DNA of 64,000 nt from Burkholderiales bacterium (GTDB taxonomy: Bacteria; Pseudomonadota; Gammaproteobacteria; Burkholderiales; Sulfuriferulaceae). The stretch is taken from contig JBBQPT010000009.1 in NCBI GenBank assembly GCA_038217005.1, positions 839-64,838 on the forward strand, written 5' to 3'. Shown here in pieces: positions 53,668-64,000 of this stretch. Under the pieces are notes generated by a model. That model did not search any database. It was not told the origin of the DNA and saw only the letters and a list, made by a program, of their open reading frames with translations. Both the position numbers and the translations under genes were made by a program. Within the stretch, counting starts at the first letter, position 1, and the number at the start of each line of letters is the position of its first letter.

Positions 53668-54629
53668 GATGGTTCCTGGTTAACCCACATCCGCTGTAAT
53701 GCGGACTGGGCTTGTATGCGGTTGCGCAAGATGCGTTCGAAATGGGATGGATCTTTGGCGTGGGTCATTTCACCGGCGCGCGGGAAGTGCATGTCATACA
53801 GGCGAGATACCCAGAAGCGCAATGCGGCGGCGCGCAGGGTGATGGGCCATGCGCCGCGTTCAATAGCGGTGAACGGGCGTACGCTGTGGTATGCCTGAAG
53901 GAAAGCGCGGGTGGCCACTTCGTCCAATTCACCTGTTGCGGTCACACACCAGTCGTTGGCGGTGATGGCGATGTCGTACAGCCAGGCATCGTTGCAGGCG
54001 AAATAGAAATCGATGACGCCTGAAACGTTGTCACCTTCGAACAGTACGTTGTCGCGGAATAAGTCTGCATGGATGACGCCGCGGGGCAAATCTTGCAAGC
54101 GGTGCAGCGCCTGGAATTTAATTTCGTCTTGCAATAGCTGTGCGGCATCGGTATCCAAAAATGGCAGCAGTTGCGGGCTGGTGGCTTTCCACCAAGTGGT
54201 GCTGCGTTCGTTATCGCGCTGCATGGAGAAGTTTTTGCCCGCGACATGAATTTGCGCCAGTGTTGCACCCATGGCAGCGCATTGCGCGACGGTCGGTTCA
54301 GTGAGCGATGCGCCAGTCAGGCGAGTGACTACGCTGGCGGGTTTACCGTTAAGCGCGCCGAGCAGTTCGCCTTGCCGATCGGACATCGGTAGTGGGCAGG
54401 GTACGCCCAGGCTGGCCAAATGATGCATGAGATGCAAAAAATAAGGGAGTTCAGCAGCAGTCAGGTTTTCAAATAGGGTGAGTACATATTTGCCCTGATT
54501 GGTGCTGAGAAAGTAGTTGGTGTTTTCTATCCCTGACGCAATACCGCGTAATTCGGTGAGCTGGCCTATGGAATAGTTTTCTAGCCAAGCACTGGCTTGG
54601 TCTTCGCTGACGGTGGTAAATACAGACAT
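53664..54629 (-). CDS. thrB: Homoserine kinase type II
   Basis: MSVFT, GIENTNY, LTLFE, GVIHADLFRDN and IDFYFA. Confidence 0.95.
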   Translation of the reverse strand: MSVFTTVSEDQASAWLENYSIGQLTELRGIASGIENTNYFLSTNQGKYVLTLFENLTAAELPYFLHLMHHLASLGVPCPLPMSDRQGELLGALNGKPASVVTRLTGASLTEPTVAQCAAMGATLAQIHVAGKNFSMQRDNERSTTWWKATSPQLLPFLDTDAAQLLQDEIKFQALHRLQDLPRGVIHADLFRDNVLFEGDNVSGVIDFYFACNDAWLYDIAITANDWCVTATGELDEVATRAFLQAYHSVRPFTAIERGAWPITLRAAALRFWVSRLYDMHFPRAGEMTHAKDPSHFERILRNRIQAQSALQRMWVNQEPS

Positions 54630-54685
54630 GGGTGTGAAGTGGTCGTGTTAGCCTGACCTTATCATCAGGCTGGATTCAAATTAAA

Positions 54686-55015
54686 TTACCACTGATGGAT
54701 AATCCACATCGGTGGGCGTACGCCAGAGTCCAGACTGTCTTGGCGGCTAAATTGACCATCACCACGCTCGTCGACGAGGTAATAAGGTTTGCCGGTTTTT
54801 GGCGTGACTTTGATCATATAAAGTTTACCGTTGTGGCGGTATTCTTCATATTTGTCATTACCTTTTTGTTTGATGGTAATTTGTGGTTCCAGTGTGTCGT
54901 TGCTAACGACTGGTGGCGGGGGCGCATCGGGTAAGGCTTCTAAATTAGCAGGGCGATCAGCCGCTCCGCTGATGAGTGGTAGTCCTAGCAAAGCTGCAGC
55001 GATGATTTTACGCAT
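54686..55015 (-). CDS. DUF2782 domain exported protein
   Basis: Signal peptide; EPQITI...EEYR.NGKLYMIKVTP..GKPYYLVD. Confidence 0.88.
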   Translation of the reverse strand: MRKIIAAALLGLPLISGAADRPANLEALPDAPPPPVVSNDTLEPQITIKQKGNDKYEEYRHNGKLYMIKVTPKTGKPYYLVDERGDGQFSRQDSLDSGVRPPMWIIHQW

Positions 55016-55079
55016 GATGAACCTCGTAATGGTGTATTAGCAGGATTTTAGCAGAGCCAGCGCCTGGCTGACGGCTTGC

Positions 55080-55808
55080 TTATAAATAAAGTTGAATTTC
55101 ACGGTCGCGAGCAGTAGGCTCAAAGCCTTGTTTTTCGTAATGGTCAAATATTGCACTTACAACATCTTCGGGGTTGTCGATAATCTGGATTAAATTCAAG
55201 TCGTCAGCGTTAACCATGCCTTCGGCAACCAGGCTGGTTTTGAACCAGTCGATCAAGCCTGTCCAGAAACTGCTTTGCACCAGAATAATGGGGATTTTGC
55301 GGGTTTTGCCAGTTTGTACCAGTGTCAGCGCTTCCATCAGTTCATCCATGGTGCCGAATCCGCCAGGCATGACAACATAAGCTGAAGCGAATTTTACAAA
55401 CATGACTTTACGCACGAAAAAATGTGCAAAGGTTTGTGAAATATCTTGGTAAGGGTTGTCGTGCTGCTCGTGTGGCAGCTGGATGTTTAAGCCGACACTG
55501 GGTGATGTACCGTGAAATGCACCTTTGTTGGCGGCTTCCATGATGCCAGGGCCACCGCCGGAAATGACGGAAAATCCCGCATCTGATAGCTGGCGTGCAA
55601 TGCGTTCAGTGAGCGCGTAATAGGGGTGGTCAATCGGCGTGCGGGCACTGCCAAAGATACTGACGGCGGGGTGGATTTCATTTAAACGCTCAGTGGCAGA
55701 GACAAACTCTGACATAATCTCGAACATGCGCCATGATTCGCGGGCGTTATAACTAGCGTGTGCGGCGAGTTCCGGGTCGGCAAGATGAGGTAGTTTTTCT
55801 TTATGCAT
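55080..55808 (-). CDS. LOG family (TIGR00730) nucleotide phosphoribohydrolase
   Basis: SIFGSAR, SGGGPGIMEA, FFVRK and PGGFGTMDE motifs. Confidence 0.92.
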   Translation of the reverse strand: MHKEKLPHLADPELAAHASYNARESWRMFEIMSEFVSATERLNEIHPAVSIFGSARTPIDHPYYALTERIARQLSDAGFSVISGGGPGIMEAANKGAFHGTSPSVGLNIQLPHEQHDNPYQDISQTFAHFFVRKVMFVKFASAYVVMPGGFGTMDELMEALTLVQTGKTRKIPIILVQSSFWTGLIDWFKTSLVAEGMVNADDLNLIQIIDNPEDVVSAIFDHYEKQGFEPTARDREIQLYL

Positions 55809-55818
55809 GAGGTATGTT

Positions 55819-58536
55819 GTGGCTAAAAAATTGTTGTTGGTCGATGGTTCGTCTTACTTATATCGTGCATTTCATGCGTTGCCAGACATGCGCAACCCTG
55901 CGGGTGAGCCTACCAATGCGATTTATGGCGTACTCAATATGTTACGTCGCTTGCAGAAAGATTATGCCACCGATTATAGCGCCTGTGTGTTTGACGCTAA
56001 AGGTAAAACTTTCCGTGATGACTGGTATCCGGACTATAAAGCCCATCGCCCATCCATGCCTGCTGATTTAGCCAGTCAAATTGAGCCATTACATGCGGCG
56101 ATCAAGGCGATGGGCTGGCCATTATTGATGGTTGATGGTGTCGAGGCAGATGATGTGATTGGTACGTTGGCTTATCAAGCCAGCCAGCAAGGTATAGCAA
56201 GCATTATTTCTACCGGTGACAAGGACATGGCACAGCTGGTTGATGCGCATGTGAGTTTGATTAATACCATGAGCAATGAGTCCATGGACGAAGCGGGCGT
56301 GCTGGCGAAATTTGGCGTGCCACCGAATCGTATTGTGGATTATTTGAGCCTGGTCGGTGATGCAGTCGATAACGTGCCTGGCGTGGAGAAAGTGGGTCCG
56401 AAAACAGCGGTGAAGTGGCTGGCTCAGTTTGATACGCTGGAAGAGATTATCGCTCACGCGGATGAAGTAAAAGGGGCGGTTGGCGAAAATTTGCGCCGAG
56501 CTCTGGGTTGGCTGCCAATGGCGCGCAAGTTGATTACTATCCGCACCGATGTGCCATTAGATAGCGCTGTTGCGGATTTGGTGATGCGACCTGCAGACAA
56601 GCCTGCACTGCTTGAGTTGTATGGACGCTATTACTTCAGAACCTGGCTGCGTGAGGTGCAGGATAGCGATGTTGTTACGGCACCTGTTGAAGTCGGACAA
56701 GCGAGTCTGGATTTGGCCCCACCAGCTGCAGCAAAAATCTATGAAACGATATTAAGCCTGAATCAACTGGATGCATGGATAAGTAGCCTGATGCAGGCCG
56801 AATTAGTGAGTTTTGATACCGAAACCACTAGCCTGGATCCAATGCAAGCGCGTCTGGTGGGGATGTCATTTGCGATTACGCCTTATCATGCGGCGTATTT
56901 GCCATTAGGTCATCGTGGCCCTGATGCACCCGTGCAATTGCCTTTGGATGTGGTGCTGGCACGATTGCGGCCTTGGCTGGAGGACGCGGATCGGGCCAAA
57001 GTTGGGCAGAATCTGAAATACGATATGCATGTATTAGCCAATCATGGTATCCGCCTGGCAGGCGTGGTGCATGACACCATGTTGCAGGCTTATATTCTGG
57101 AGTCACACTTGCCGCGCAATATGGACAGTCTGGCGCAGCGACATTTGGGTGAGGCGACTATCAGTTATGAATCGGTGACAGGCAAGGGCGTGTCGCAAAT
57201 TGGCTTTGATCAGGTTGAGCTCAAGCTGGCTGCGCAATATGCGGCAGAGGATGCGGATATTACGCTGCGTCTGCACCAGAATTTATATCCGCGTGTACAC
57301 AGTGTGTCCAAGCTGGATTACGTGTATCGCCAAATCGAAATGCCGTTATTGCCGATATTATGGCAAATTGAGCGCAATGGGGTGTTGTTGGATAGCGGGC
57401 TGCTGGATCAGCAAAGCCATGAGCTGGGGCAGGCCATGCTGGCGATGGAACAGCAGGCTTATGAATTGGCTGGGCAGCCGTTTAATTTAAACTCACCCAA
57501 ACAGATACAGGGCATCTTGTTTGATCAGTTGAAATTGCCGGTGATCAAAAAAACGCCAGGTGGGGTGCCGTCAACGGATGAAAATGTGTTGTCACAACTG
57601 GCAGCTGATTATCCTTTGCCGAAAATTTTGCTGGAATATCGTAGCCTGGCAAAGTTGAAATCGACTTATACCGATAAGCTGCCGCGCATGGTCAATACGG
57701 CAACTGGGCGCGTGCATACCAGCTATTCACAGGCGGTGGCGGTGACTGGGCGGTTATCCAGCGTAGAGCCGAATCTGCAAAATATTCCTGTTAAAACAGC
57801 CGAAGGGCGGCGCGTGCGTGAGGCGTTTATTGCCGCACCGGGTTGTGTGCTGGTGTCGGCAGATTATTCGCAAATAGAGTTGCGCATCATGGCGCATTTG
57901 TCGGGTGATGCGAGCTTGGTTAAAGCATTTATGGAAGGTGCCGATATTCATAGCGCGACTGCTGCGGAGATTTTTGGTGTGACGTTAGCGGAGGTCAGTT
58001 ATGAGCAACGGCGCGTTGCCAAAACTATCAACTTCGGACTGATTTATGGCATGTCGGCGTTTGGCCTGGCGAGCCAGTTGGGCGTGGAACGTGCGGCTGC
58101 GCAGTCCTATATCGATCGCTATTTCGCCCGCTATCCTGGCGTGGCAGTCTATATGCAGCGTACTCGGGCAACTGCACATGAGTTCGGTTATGTGGAAACG
58201 GTATTCGGACGGCGCTTATGGTTGCCGGAAATTCGGAGTAGTAATAAGCATCGTCGTGATGGCGCAGAGCGTGCTGCGATTAACGCGCCTATGCAAGGCA
58301 CTGCAGCGGATTTGATTAAACTGGCCATGATAGCCGTGGCAGGATGGCTGGTGCGTGAGCAGATGCAAACTCGCATTATTATGCAAGTTCACGATGAACT
58401 GGTATTGGAAGTTCCACAGGCTGAGTTGAGCTCGGTACAAGCGAATTTATCTGATTTGATGTGCCATGTTGTGCAGTTGATTGTGCCCTTGGAAGTAGGC
58501 ATGGGAGTGGGTAAGAATTGGGAAGCTGCGCATTAA
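55819..58536 (+). CDS. polA: DNA polymerase I
   Basis: LLLVDGSSYLYRAFHA, FDTETT, GRLSS.EPNLQNIP, ADYSQIELR and QVHDEL. Start placed at GTG 55819 behind a GAGGT RBS. Confidence 0.98.
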   Translation: MAKKLLLVDGSSYLYRAFHALPDMRNPAGEPTNAIYGVLNMLRRLQKDYATDYSACVFDAKGKTFRDDWYPDYKAHRPSMPADLASQIEPLHAAIKAMGWPLLMVDGVEADDVIGTLAYQASQQGIASIISTGDKDMAQLVDAHVSLINTMSNESMDEAGVLAKFGVPPNRIVDYLSLVGDAVDNVPGVEKVGPKTAVKWLAQFDTLEEIIAHADEVKGAVGENLRRALGWLPMARKLITIRTDVPLDSAVADLVMRPADKPALLELYGRYYFRTWLREVQDSDVVTAPVEVGQASLDLAPPAAAKIYETILSLNQLDAWISSLMQAELVSFDTETTSLDPMQARLVGMSFAITPYHAAYLPLGHRGPDAPVQLPLDVVLARLRPWLEDADRAKVGQNLKYDMHVLANHGIRLAGVVHDTMLQAYILESHLPRNMDSLAQRHLGEATISYESVTGKGVSQIGFDQVELKLAAQYAAEDADITLRLHQNLYPRVHSVSKLDYVYRQIEMPLLPILWQIERNGVLLDSGLLDQQSHELGQAMLAMEQQAYELAGQPFNLNSPKQIQGILFDQLKLPVIKKTPGGVPSTDENVLSQLAADYPLPKILLEYRSLAKLKSTYTDKLPRMVNTATGRVHTSYSQAVAVTGRLSSVEPNLQNIPVKTAEGRRVREAFIAAPGCVLVSADYSQIELRIMAHLSGDASLVKAFMEGADIHSATAAEIFGVTLAEVSYEQRRVAKTINFGLIYGMSAFGLASQLGVERAAAQSYIDRYFARYPGVAVYMQRTRATAHEFGYVETVFGRRLWLPEIRSSNKHRRDGAERAAINAPMQGTAADLIKLAMIAVAGWLVREQMQTRIIMQVHDELVLEVPQAELSSVQANLSDLMCHVVQLIVPLEVGMGVGKNWEAAH

Positions 58537-58592
58537 TTTGTGCAGCAGGTTCGTTTTATACAAAATGTAGTATGTAAATTAAAGGATGGTAT

Positions 58593-59402
58593 ATGCAATT
58601 TAGTAAAGTATTGATATTGGCATTGATGGGGGTGAGTTTAAGTGCATGCCAGACCGTGCGCACGACGCAAGGTGGAATGGTAGGGATAGACAGAACTCAG
58701 ATGATGTCGCCGCTGGTGTCGAGTCAGTCGCTGATGCAACAGGCGACGTTGAGTTATAACGGATTGCTGCAAAAAGAATCCAAACAAGGCACGCTCAATC
58801 CTAATCCGGCACAAACTGCGCGGGTGCGGGCGATAGTCAATCGCTTGATTCCGCAAGTTGCGGTGTTTCGCCCTGATGCAGTGAATTGGAAATGGGAAGT
58901 GAATGTAATTGCTTCGCCGCAGATTAATGCCTGGTGTATGCCAGGTGGAAAAATCGCGATTTATACGGGCATTATCGACAAGTTGAAGTTGAGTGATGCT
59001 GAAATAGCAGCAGTTTTGGGACATGAAATATCCCATGCATTACGTGAGCATGCGCGTGAACAAGCATCTGAACAAAGTTTGATGCAACTAGGGATGTTAG
59101 GCGCGCAGTTGGGCGGGTTGGGGCAGGGTACGGTGAATGCGGCCGGGCAGCTGTATAAAGTCGGCGTGGGCTTGCCACACAGTCGCACCCACGAAATCGA
59201 GGCTGACCGCATGGGTGTGGAATTGGCAGCTCGTGCAGGCTACGATCCGCGCGCAGCAATAGGCTTATGGCAGAAGATGAGTCAGCTGGGTGGGAGTCCG
59301 CCTGAGTTCTTGAGCACGCATCCGAGCTCGCAAACCCGTATTCAGGATTTGGAAGTGTATTCGGCCCGGGTAATGCCGCTGTATCAGGCAGCGCGCAAGT
59401 AA
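58593..59402 (+). CDS. M48 family Zn metallopeptidase lipoprotein (LoiP/Oma1-like)
   Basis: Lipobox LSAC; NAWCMPGGKI, HEISH (HExxH), EADRMG and THPS. Confidence 0.9.
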   Translation: MQFSKVLILALMGVSLSACQTVRTTQGGMVGIDRTQMMSPLVSSQSLMQQATLSYNGLLQKESKQGTLNPNPAQTARVRAIVNRLIPQVAVFRPDAVNWKWEVNVIASPQINAWCMPGGKIAIYTGIIDKLKLSDAEIAAVLGHEISHALREHAREQASEQSLMQLGMLGAQLGGLGQGTVNAAGQLYKVGVGLPHSRTHEIEADRMGVELAARAGYDPRAAIGLWQKMSQLGGSPPEFLSTHPSSQTRIQDLEVYSARVMPLYQAARK

Positions 59403-59407
59403 TTTTT

Positions 59408-59436
59408 TTGACCTGAAGCGGTTTTAGCTTTAGTAT
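59408..59436 (+). promoter_or_regulatory. Sigma70 promoter for ilvIHC
   Basis: TTGACC (59408-13), 17-nt spacer, TAGTAT (59431-36). Confidence 0.7.
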
Positions 59437-59472
59437 TGAATGTTCAACGAATTAAATGGATAGACGACTGCA

Positions 59473-61179
59473 ATGGAATTAAATGGTGCAGAGATTACCG
59501 TAAAGTGTCTGGCTGACGAAGGGGTCGAATTTGTTTTCGGTTACCCTGGCGGCGCGGTACTCAATATTTACGATGCAATCTTCAAACAGGATAAATTTAA
59601 GCATGTGCTGGTGCGTCATGAGCAAGCTGCCGTACATGCGGCCGACGGCTATGCCCGTTCTACAGGCAAAGTTGGCGTGGCGCTGGTCACCTCCGGCCCT
59701 GGGATTACCAATGCGGTAACCGGCATTGCGACGGCTTACATGGATTCTATTCCTATGGTGGTGATTAGTGGGCAAGTGCCAACAGCTGCTATCGGTATGG
59801 ACGCATTCCAGGAGGTTGATGCAGTCGGTATTACACGTCCTTGCGTTAAACATAATTTCCTGGTCAAAGACATCAAGGACTTGGCTGCGACGATTAAAAA
59901 AGCCTTCTATATTGCATCTACCGGTCGTCCCGGTCCTGTTTTAGTGGATATCCCTAAAGACATTACGGGTCAGCCATATACGTACGACTACTCCATGTCG
60001 GTGGATATGCGTTCGTATAATCCTGTCGTCAAGGGTCACACCGGGCAAATCAAAAAAGCTGCGCAAATGCTGTTTGAGGCTAAGCGCCCGATGATATACA
60101 GCGGCGGCGGTGTGATTTTGGGTAATGCATCCAAACAGCTGACCGAATTAACTCGTATGCTGGGCTTCCCCTGTACCAATACCTTGATGGGTTTGGGTGC
60201 TTACCCTGCTAGTGATAAGCAGTTTGTTGGCATGTTGGGGATGCATGGTACGTATGAAGCCAATATGGCGATGCAGCACAGTGATGTGTTGTTAGCGATA
60301 GGTGCGCGGTTTGATGATCGCGTCATCGGTTCGCCTGACCATTTTGCCCGCGAAGCGCGACGTATCATTCATATCGACATTGATCCATCTTCGATTTCCA
60401 AACGCGTTAAAGTTGATGTGCCTATCGTGGGTGATGTCGCTGCGGTATTGGACGAGTTGATTAAGCTGATTAAGGCCAGTAAAGAGCGTGGTGATGCTGC
60501 TGCGCTAACAGCTTGGTGGGCGCAGATTAATGAGTGGCGGAGCATAGACTGCTTGAAATTTGATCGTGCCAGTGCGATTATCAAGCCGCAATATGTGGTG
60601 CAAAAGTTATGGGAAGTGACCAAGGGCGAAGCGTTTGTGACGACTGACGTAGGTCAGCATCAAATGTGGGCGGCGCAGTATTATCCATTTGACGAGCCGC
60701 GTCGCTGGATTACTTCGGGCGGTTTGGGCACGATGGGTTTCGGTTTGCCATCAGCGATGGGCGTGCAGTTAGCGCACCCACACGCTCAAGTTGCGTGTGT
60801 GACAGGTGAATCCAGTATCCAAATGTGCATACAGGAGCTTTCTACCTGTAAGCAATATCATATTCCATTGAAAATTGTGAATTTGAATAACCGCTATATG
60901 GGTATGGTGCGTCAATGGCAGGAATTTTTCTACGGCAATCGCTATGCTGAGTCCTATATGGAATCGTTGCCTGACTTTGTGAAACTGGCTGAGTCCTATG
61001 GCCACGTCGGCATGAAAATCGAAAAGCCGGAAGACGTTGAGCCTGCATTGCGTGAGGCTTTTGCAATGAAGGAACGTTTGGTATTTATGGATTTCATTAC
61101 CGATCAAACTGAAAACGTTTTCCCTATGGTGCCAGGCGGTGCGGGCATTACCGAAATGATTTTGGCGGAGGAACTATAA
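59473..61179 (+). CDS. ilvI: Acetolactate synthase large subunit
   Basis: FGYPGGAVL, VRHEQAA, TSGPG, TDVGQHQMWAAQ and GMVRQWQ. Confidence 0.97.
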   Translation: MELNGAEITVKCLADEGVEFVFGYPGGAVLNIYDAIFKQDKFKHVLVRHEQAAVHAADGYARSTGKVGVALVTSGPGITNAVTGIATAYMDSIPMVVISGQVPTAAIGMDAFQEVDAVGITRPCVKHNFLVKDIKDLAATIKKAFYIASTGRPGPVLVDIPKDITGQPYTYDYSMSVDMRSYNPVVKGHTGQIKKAAQMLFEAKRPMIYSGGGVILGNASKQLTELTRMLGFPCTNTLMGLGAYPASDKQFVGMLGMHGTYEANMAMQHSDVLLAIGARFDDRVIGSPDHFAREARRIIHIDIDPSSISKRVKVDVPIVGDVAAVLDELIKLIKASKERGDAAALTAWWAQINEWRSIDCLKFDRASAIIKPQYVVQKLWEVTKGEAFVTTDVGQHQMWAAQYYPFDEPRRWITSGGLGTMGFGLPSAMGVQLAHPHAQVACVTGESSIQMCIQELSTCKQYHIPLKIVNLNNRYMGMVRQWQEFFYGNRYAESYMESLPDFVKLAESYGHVGMKIEKPEDVEPALREAFAMKERLVFMDFITDQTENVFPMVPGGAGITEMILAEEL

Positions 61180-61180
61180 C

Positions 61181-62712
<1,532 letters not shown>

Positions 62713-62720
62713 AGCGGCAG

Positions 62721-62750
62721 AAAACGAGGTCCTAGACCTCGTTTTAATTT
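62721..62750. terminator. Intrinsic, possibly bidirectional, terminator after ilvC
   Basis: AAAACGAGGTC-CTA-GACCTCGTTTT perfect 11-bp stem with A and T flanks, 9 nt after the ilvC stop. Confidence 0.8.
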
Positions 62751-62867
62751 GTGGATAGCAAATAGCTAATCCACGAAAAACACTTTTGGGTGTTTTTCGT
62801 TGGTTAATTGTTTTTTTTAATCGCAGTGCATGGTTGATATTTGTCCTGCATCATATGATTGTGAATT

Positions 62868-63626
62868 ATGTCAGAATCTAATTACAAATCGCGGATAGGG
62901 AATACTACGCAACGGCGTGGCATTTATTTATTGCCTAATTTATTCACCACGGCTGCATTATTCGCAGGGTTTTATGCCATCGTGCAGGCGATGAATGGCA
63001 ACTATGAGTTATCGGCAGTGGCGATATTCGTGGCCATGGTGCTGGATGGTCTGGATGGTCGTGTAGCGCGCCTGACGCATACACAAAGCGCGTTCGGTGC
63101 GGAATATGATTCATTGTCTGACATGGTGTCGTTTGGCGTAGCGCCAGCACTTATTGCTTATGTATGGGCGTTAAAAGGCATGGGCAAGCTGGGTTGGATG
63201 GCTGCTTTTGTTTATTGTGTGGGTGCTGCATTGCGCCTGGCACGATTCAATACGCAATTGGATGTGGCAGATAAGCGCTATTTTCAAGGCTTGCCTAGCC
63301 CGGCAGCGGCGGCATTGGTTGCGGGTTTGGTATGGGTGATGAATGAATATGGTTACTCGGGTAACGATGCGAGATGGCTGGCATTTGCGGTCACTTTGTT
63401 TGCTGGGCTGACCATGGTGAGCAATGTGCGCTATTACAGCGGCAAAGACATAAACCTGCGTCGCAGTGTGCCATTCTTGGTTGTTTTTCTGATTGCGATG
63501 GGGTTTGTGTTGATAGCATATAGTCCGCCTGAAATGTTGTTTGGTGTGGTGGCATTATATGCATTATCAGGCTACGTCATGAGCGCATGGACGATGTTGC
63601 GGAAAAAACCAAAAATACAGCCTTAA
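62868..63626 (+). CDS. pssA: CDP-diacylglycerol--serine O-phosphatidyltransferase
   Basis: LPNLFT, DGLDGRVAR, DSLSDMVSFGVAP and RLARFN. Confidence 0.95.
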   Translation: MSESNYKSRIGNTTQRRGIYLLPNLFTTAALFAGFYAIVQAMNGNYELSAVAIFVAMVLDGLDGRVARLTHTQSAFGAEYDSLSDMVSFGVAPALIAYVWALKGMGKLGWMAAFVYCVGAALRLARFNTQLDVADKRYFQGLPSPAAAALVAGLVWVMNEYGYSGNDARWLAFAVTLFAGLTMVSNVRYYSGKDINLRRSVPFLVVFLIAMGFVLIAYSPPEMLFGVVALYALSGYVMSAWTMLRKKPKIQP

Positions 63627-63703
63627 TTATCTGCTTGCATCAGTTTTTAGCCTGATAGCAACACGTAACACCATAATCAATATCGAAAAATCCGGAGTAA
63701 GCC

Positions 63704-64000
63704 ATGAGTAGCGACCACTTAATTATATTTGATACCACTTTGCGCGATGGCGAGCAAAGTCCCGGCGCGTCGATGACACGGGAAGAAAAAGTTCGCATTG
63801 CCCGTCAGCTTGAGCGTATGCGTGTGGATATTATTGAAGCTGGCTTTCCTGCTGCTTCGAATGGCGATTTTGAATCTGTCAAAGCCGTTGCTGATGTGAT
63901 TAAAGACAGCACAGTCTGTGGCTTGGCACGGGCGCTGGAACGCGATATACAACGTGCGGGTGAAGCCTTGCGTGGCGCGAATTCATCGCGTATTCATACC
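63704..64000 (+). CDS. leuA: 2-isopropylmalate synthase (3'-partial; absent from the ORF track)
   Basis: Translated by hand: [52 protein letters not shown]; GGAG RBS upstream. Confidence 0.96.
   Translation, partial: MSSDHLIIFDTTLRDGEQSPGASMTREEKVRIARQLERMRVDIIEAGFPAASNGDFESVKAVADVIKDSTVCGLARALERDIQRAGEALRGANSSRIHT

Noticed and set aside
54650-54671. AGCCTGA/TCAGGCT hairpin between DUF2782 and thrB
   Set aside because: Only a 7-bp stem with no U tract in the transcribed direction; too weak to call a terminator.

Overview
Core-chromosome window from a betaproteobacterium, probably Nitrosomonadales-like (inferred from gene order and protein sequences; GC roughly 45-55% by eye; the + strand is G/T-rich and carries most genes, consistent with the leading strand). 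From left to right it holds: the nuoB-N respiratory complex I operon with DUF2818; a minus-strand operon (unknown 138-aa protein, nth, FIST protein, DUF1841) divergent from msrA and an MFS transporter; the conserved leuCDB-asd-usg-fimV-(orphan EcfT)-truA-trpFBA-accD-folC-dedD-cvpA-purF block; a SAM-II riboswitch with a visible terminator/antiterminator ahead of metZ; lpxH, ppiB, an L,D-transpeptidase and a TPR protein opposite cysS; an accessory stretch at about 43-53 kb (V-cGAP3-like tandem HD-GYP protein, MarC, TrmH, K+ channel, sbcB, rlmJ, PAS-GGDEF-EAL protein, an atypical DUF917 protein, and a truncated globin-coupled-sensor relic); then thrB, LOG, polA, an M48 peptidase, ilvIHC, pssA and the start of leuA. 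I saw no tRNA, rRNA, CRISPR array, transposase or integrase. The best leads are the SAM-II switch, the unknown His/Trp-rich protein leading the nth-FIST operon (nth appears to start at CTG), and the globin relic / DUF917 / c-di-GMP enzyme locus. Family assignments come from motif recognition and recall, not database searches.
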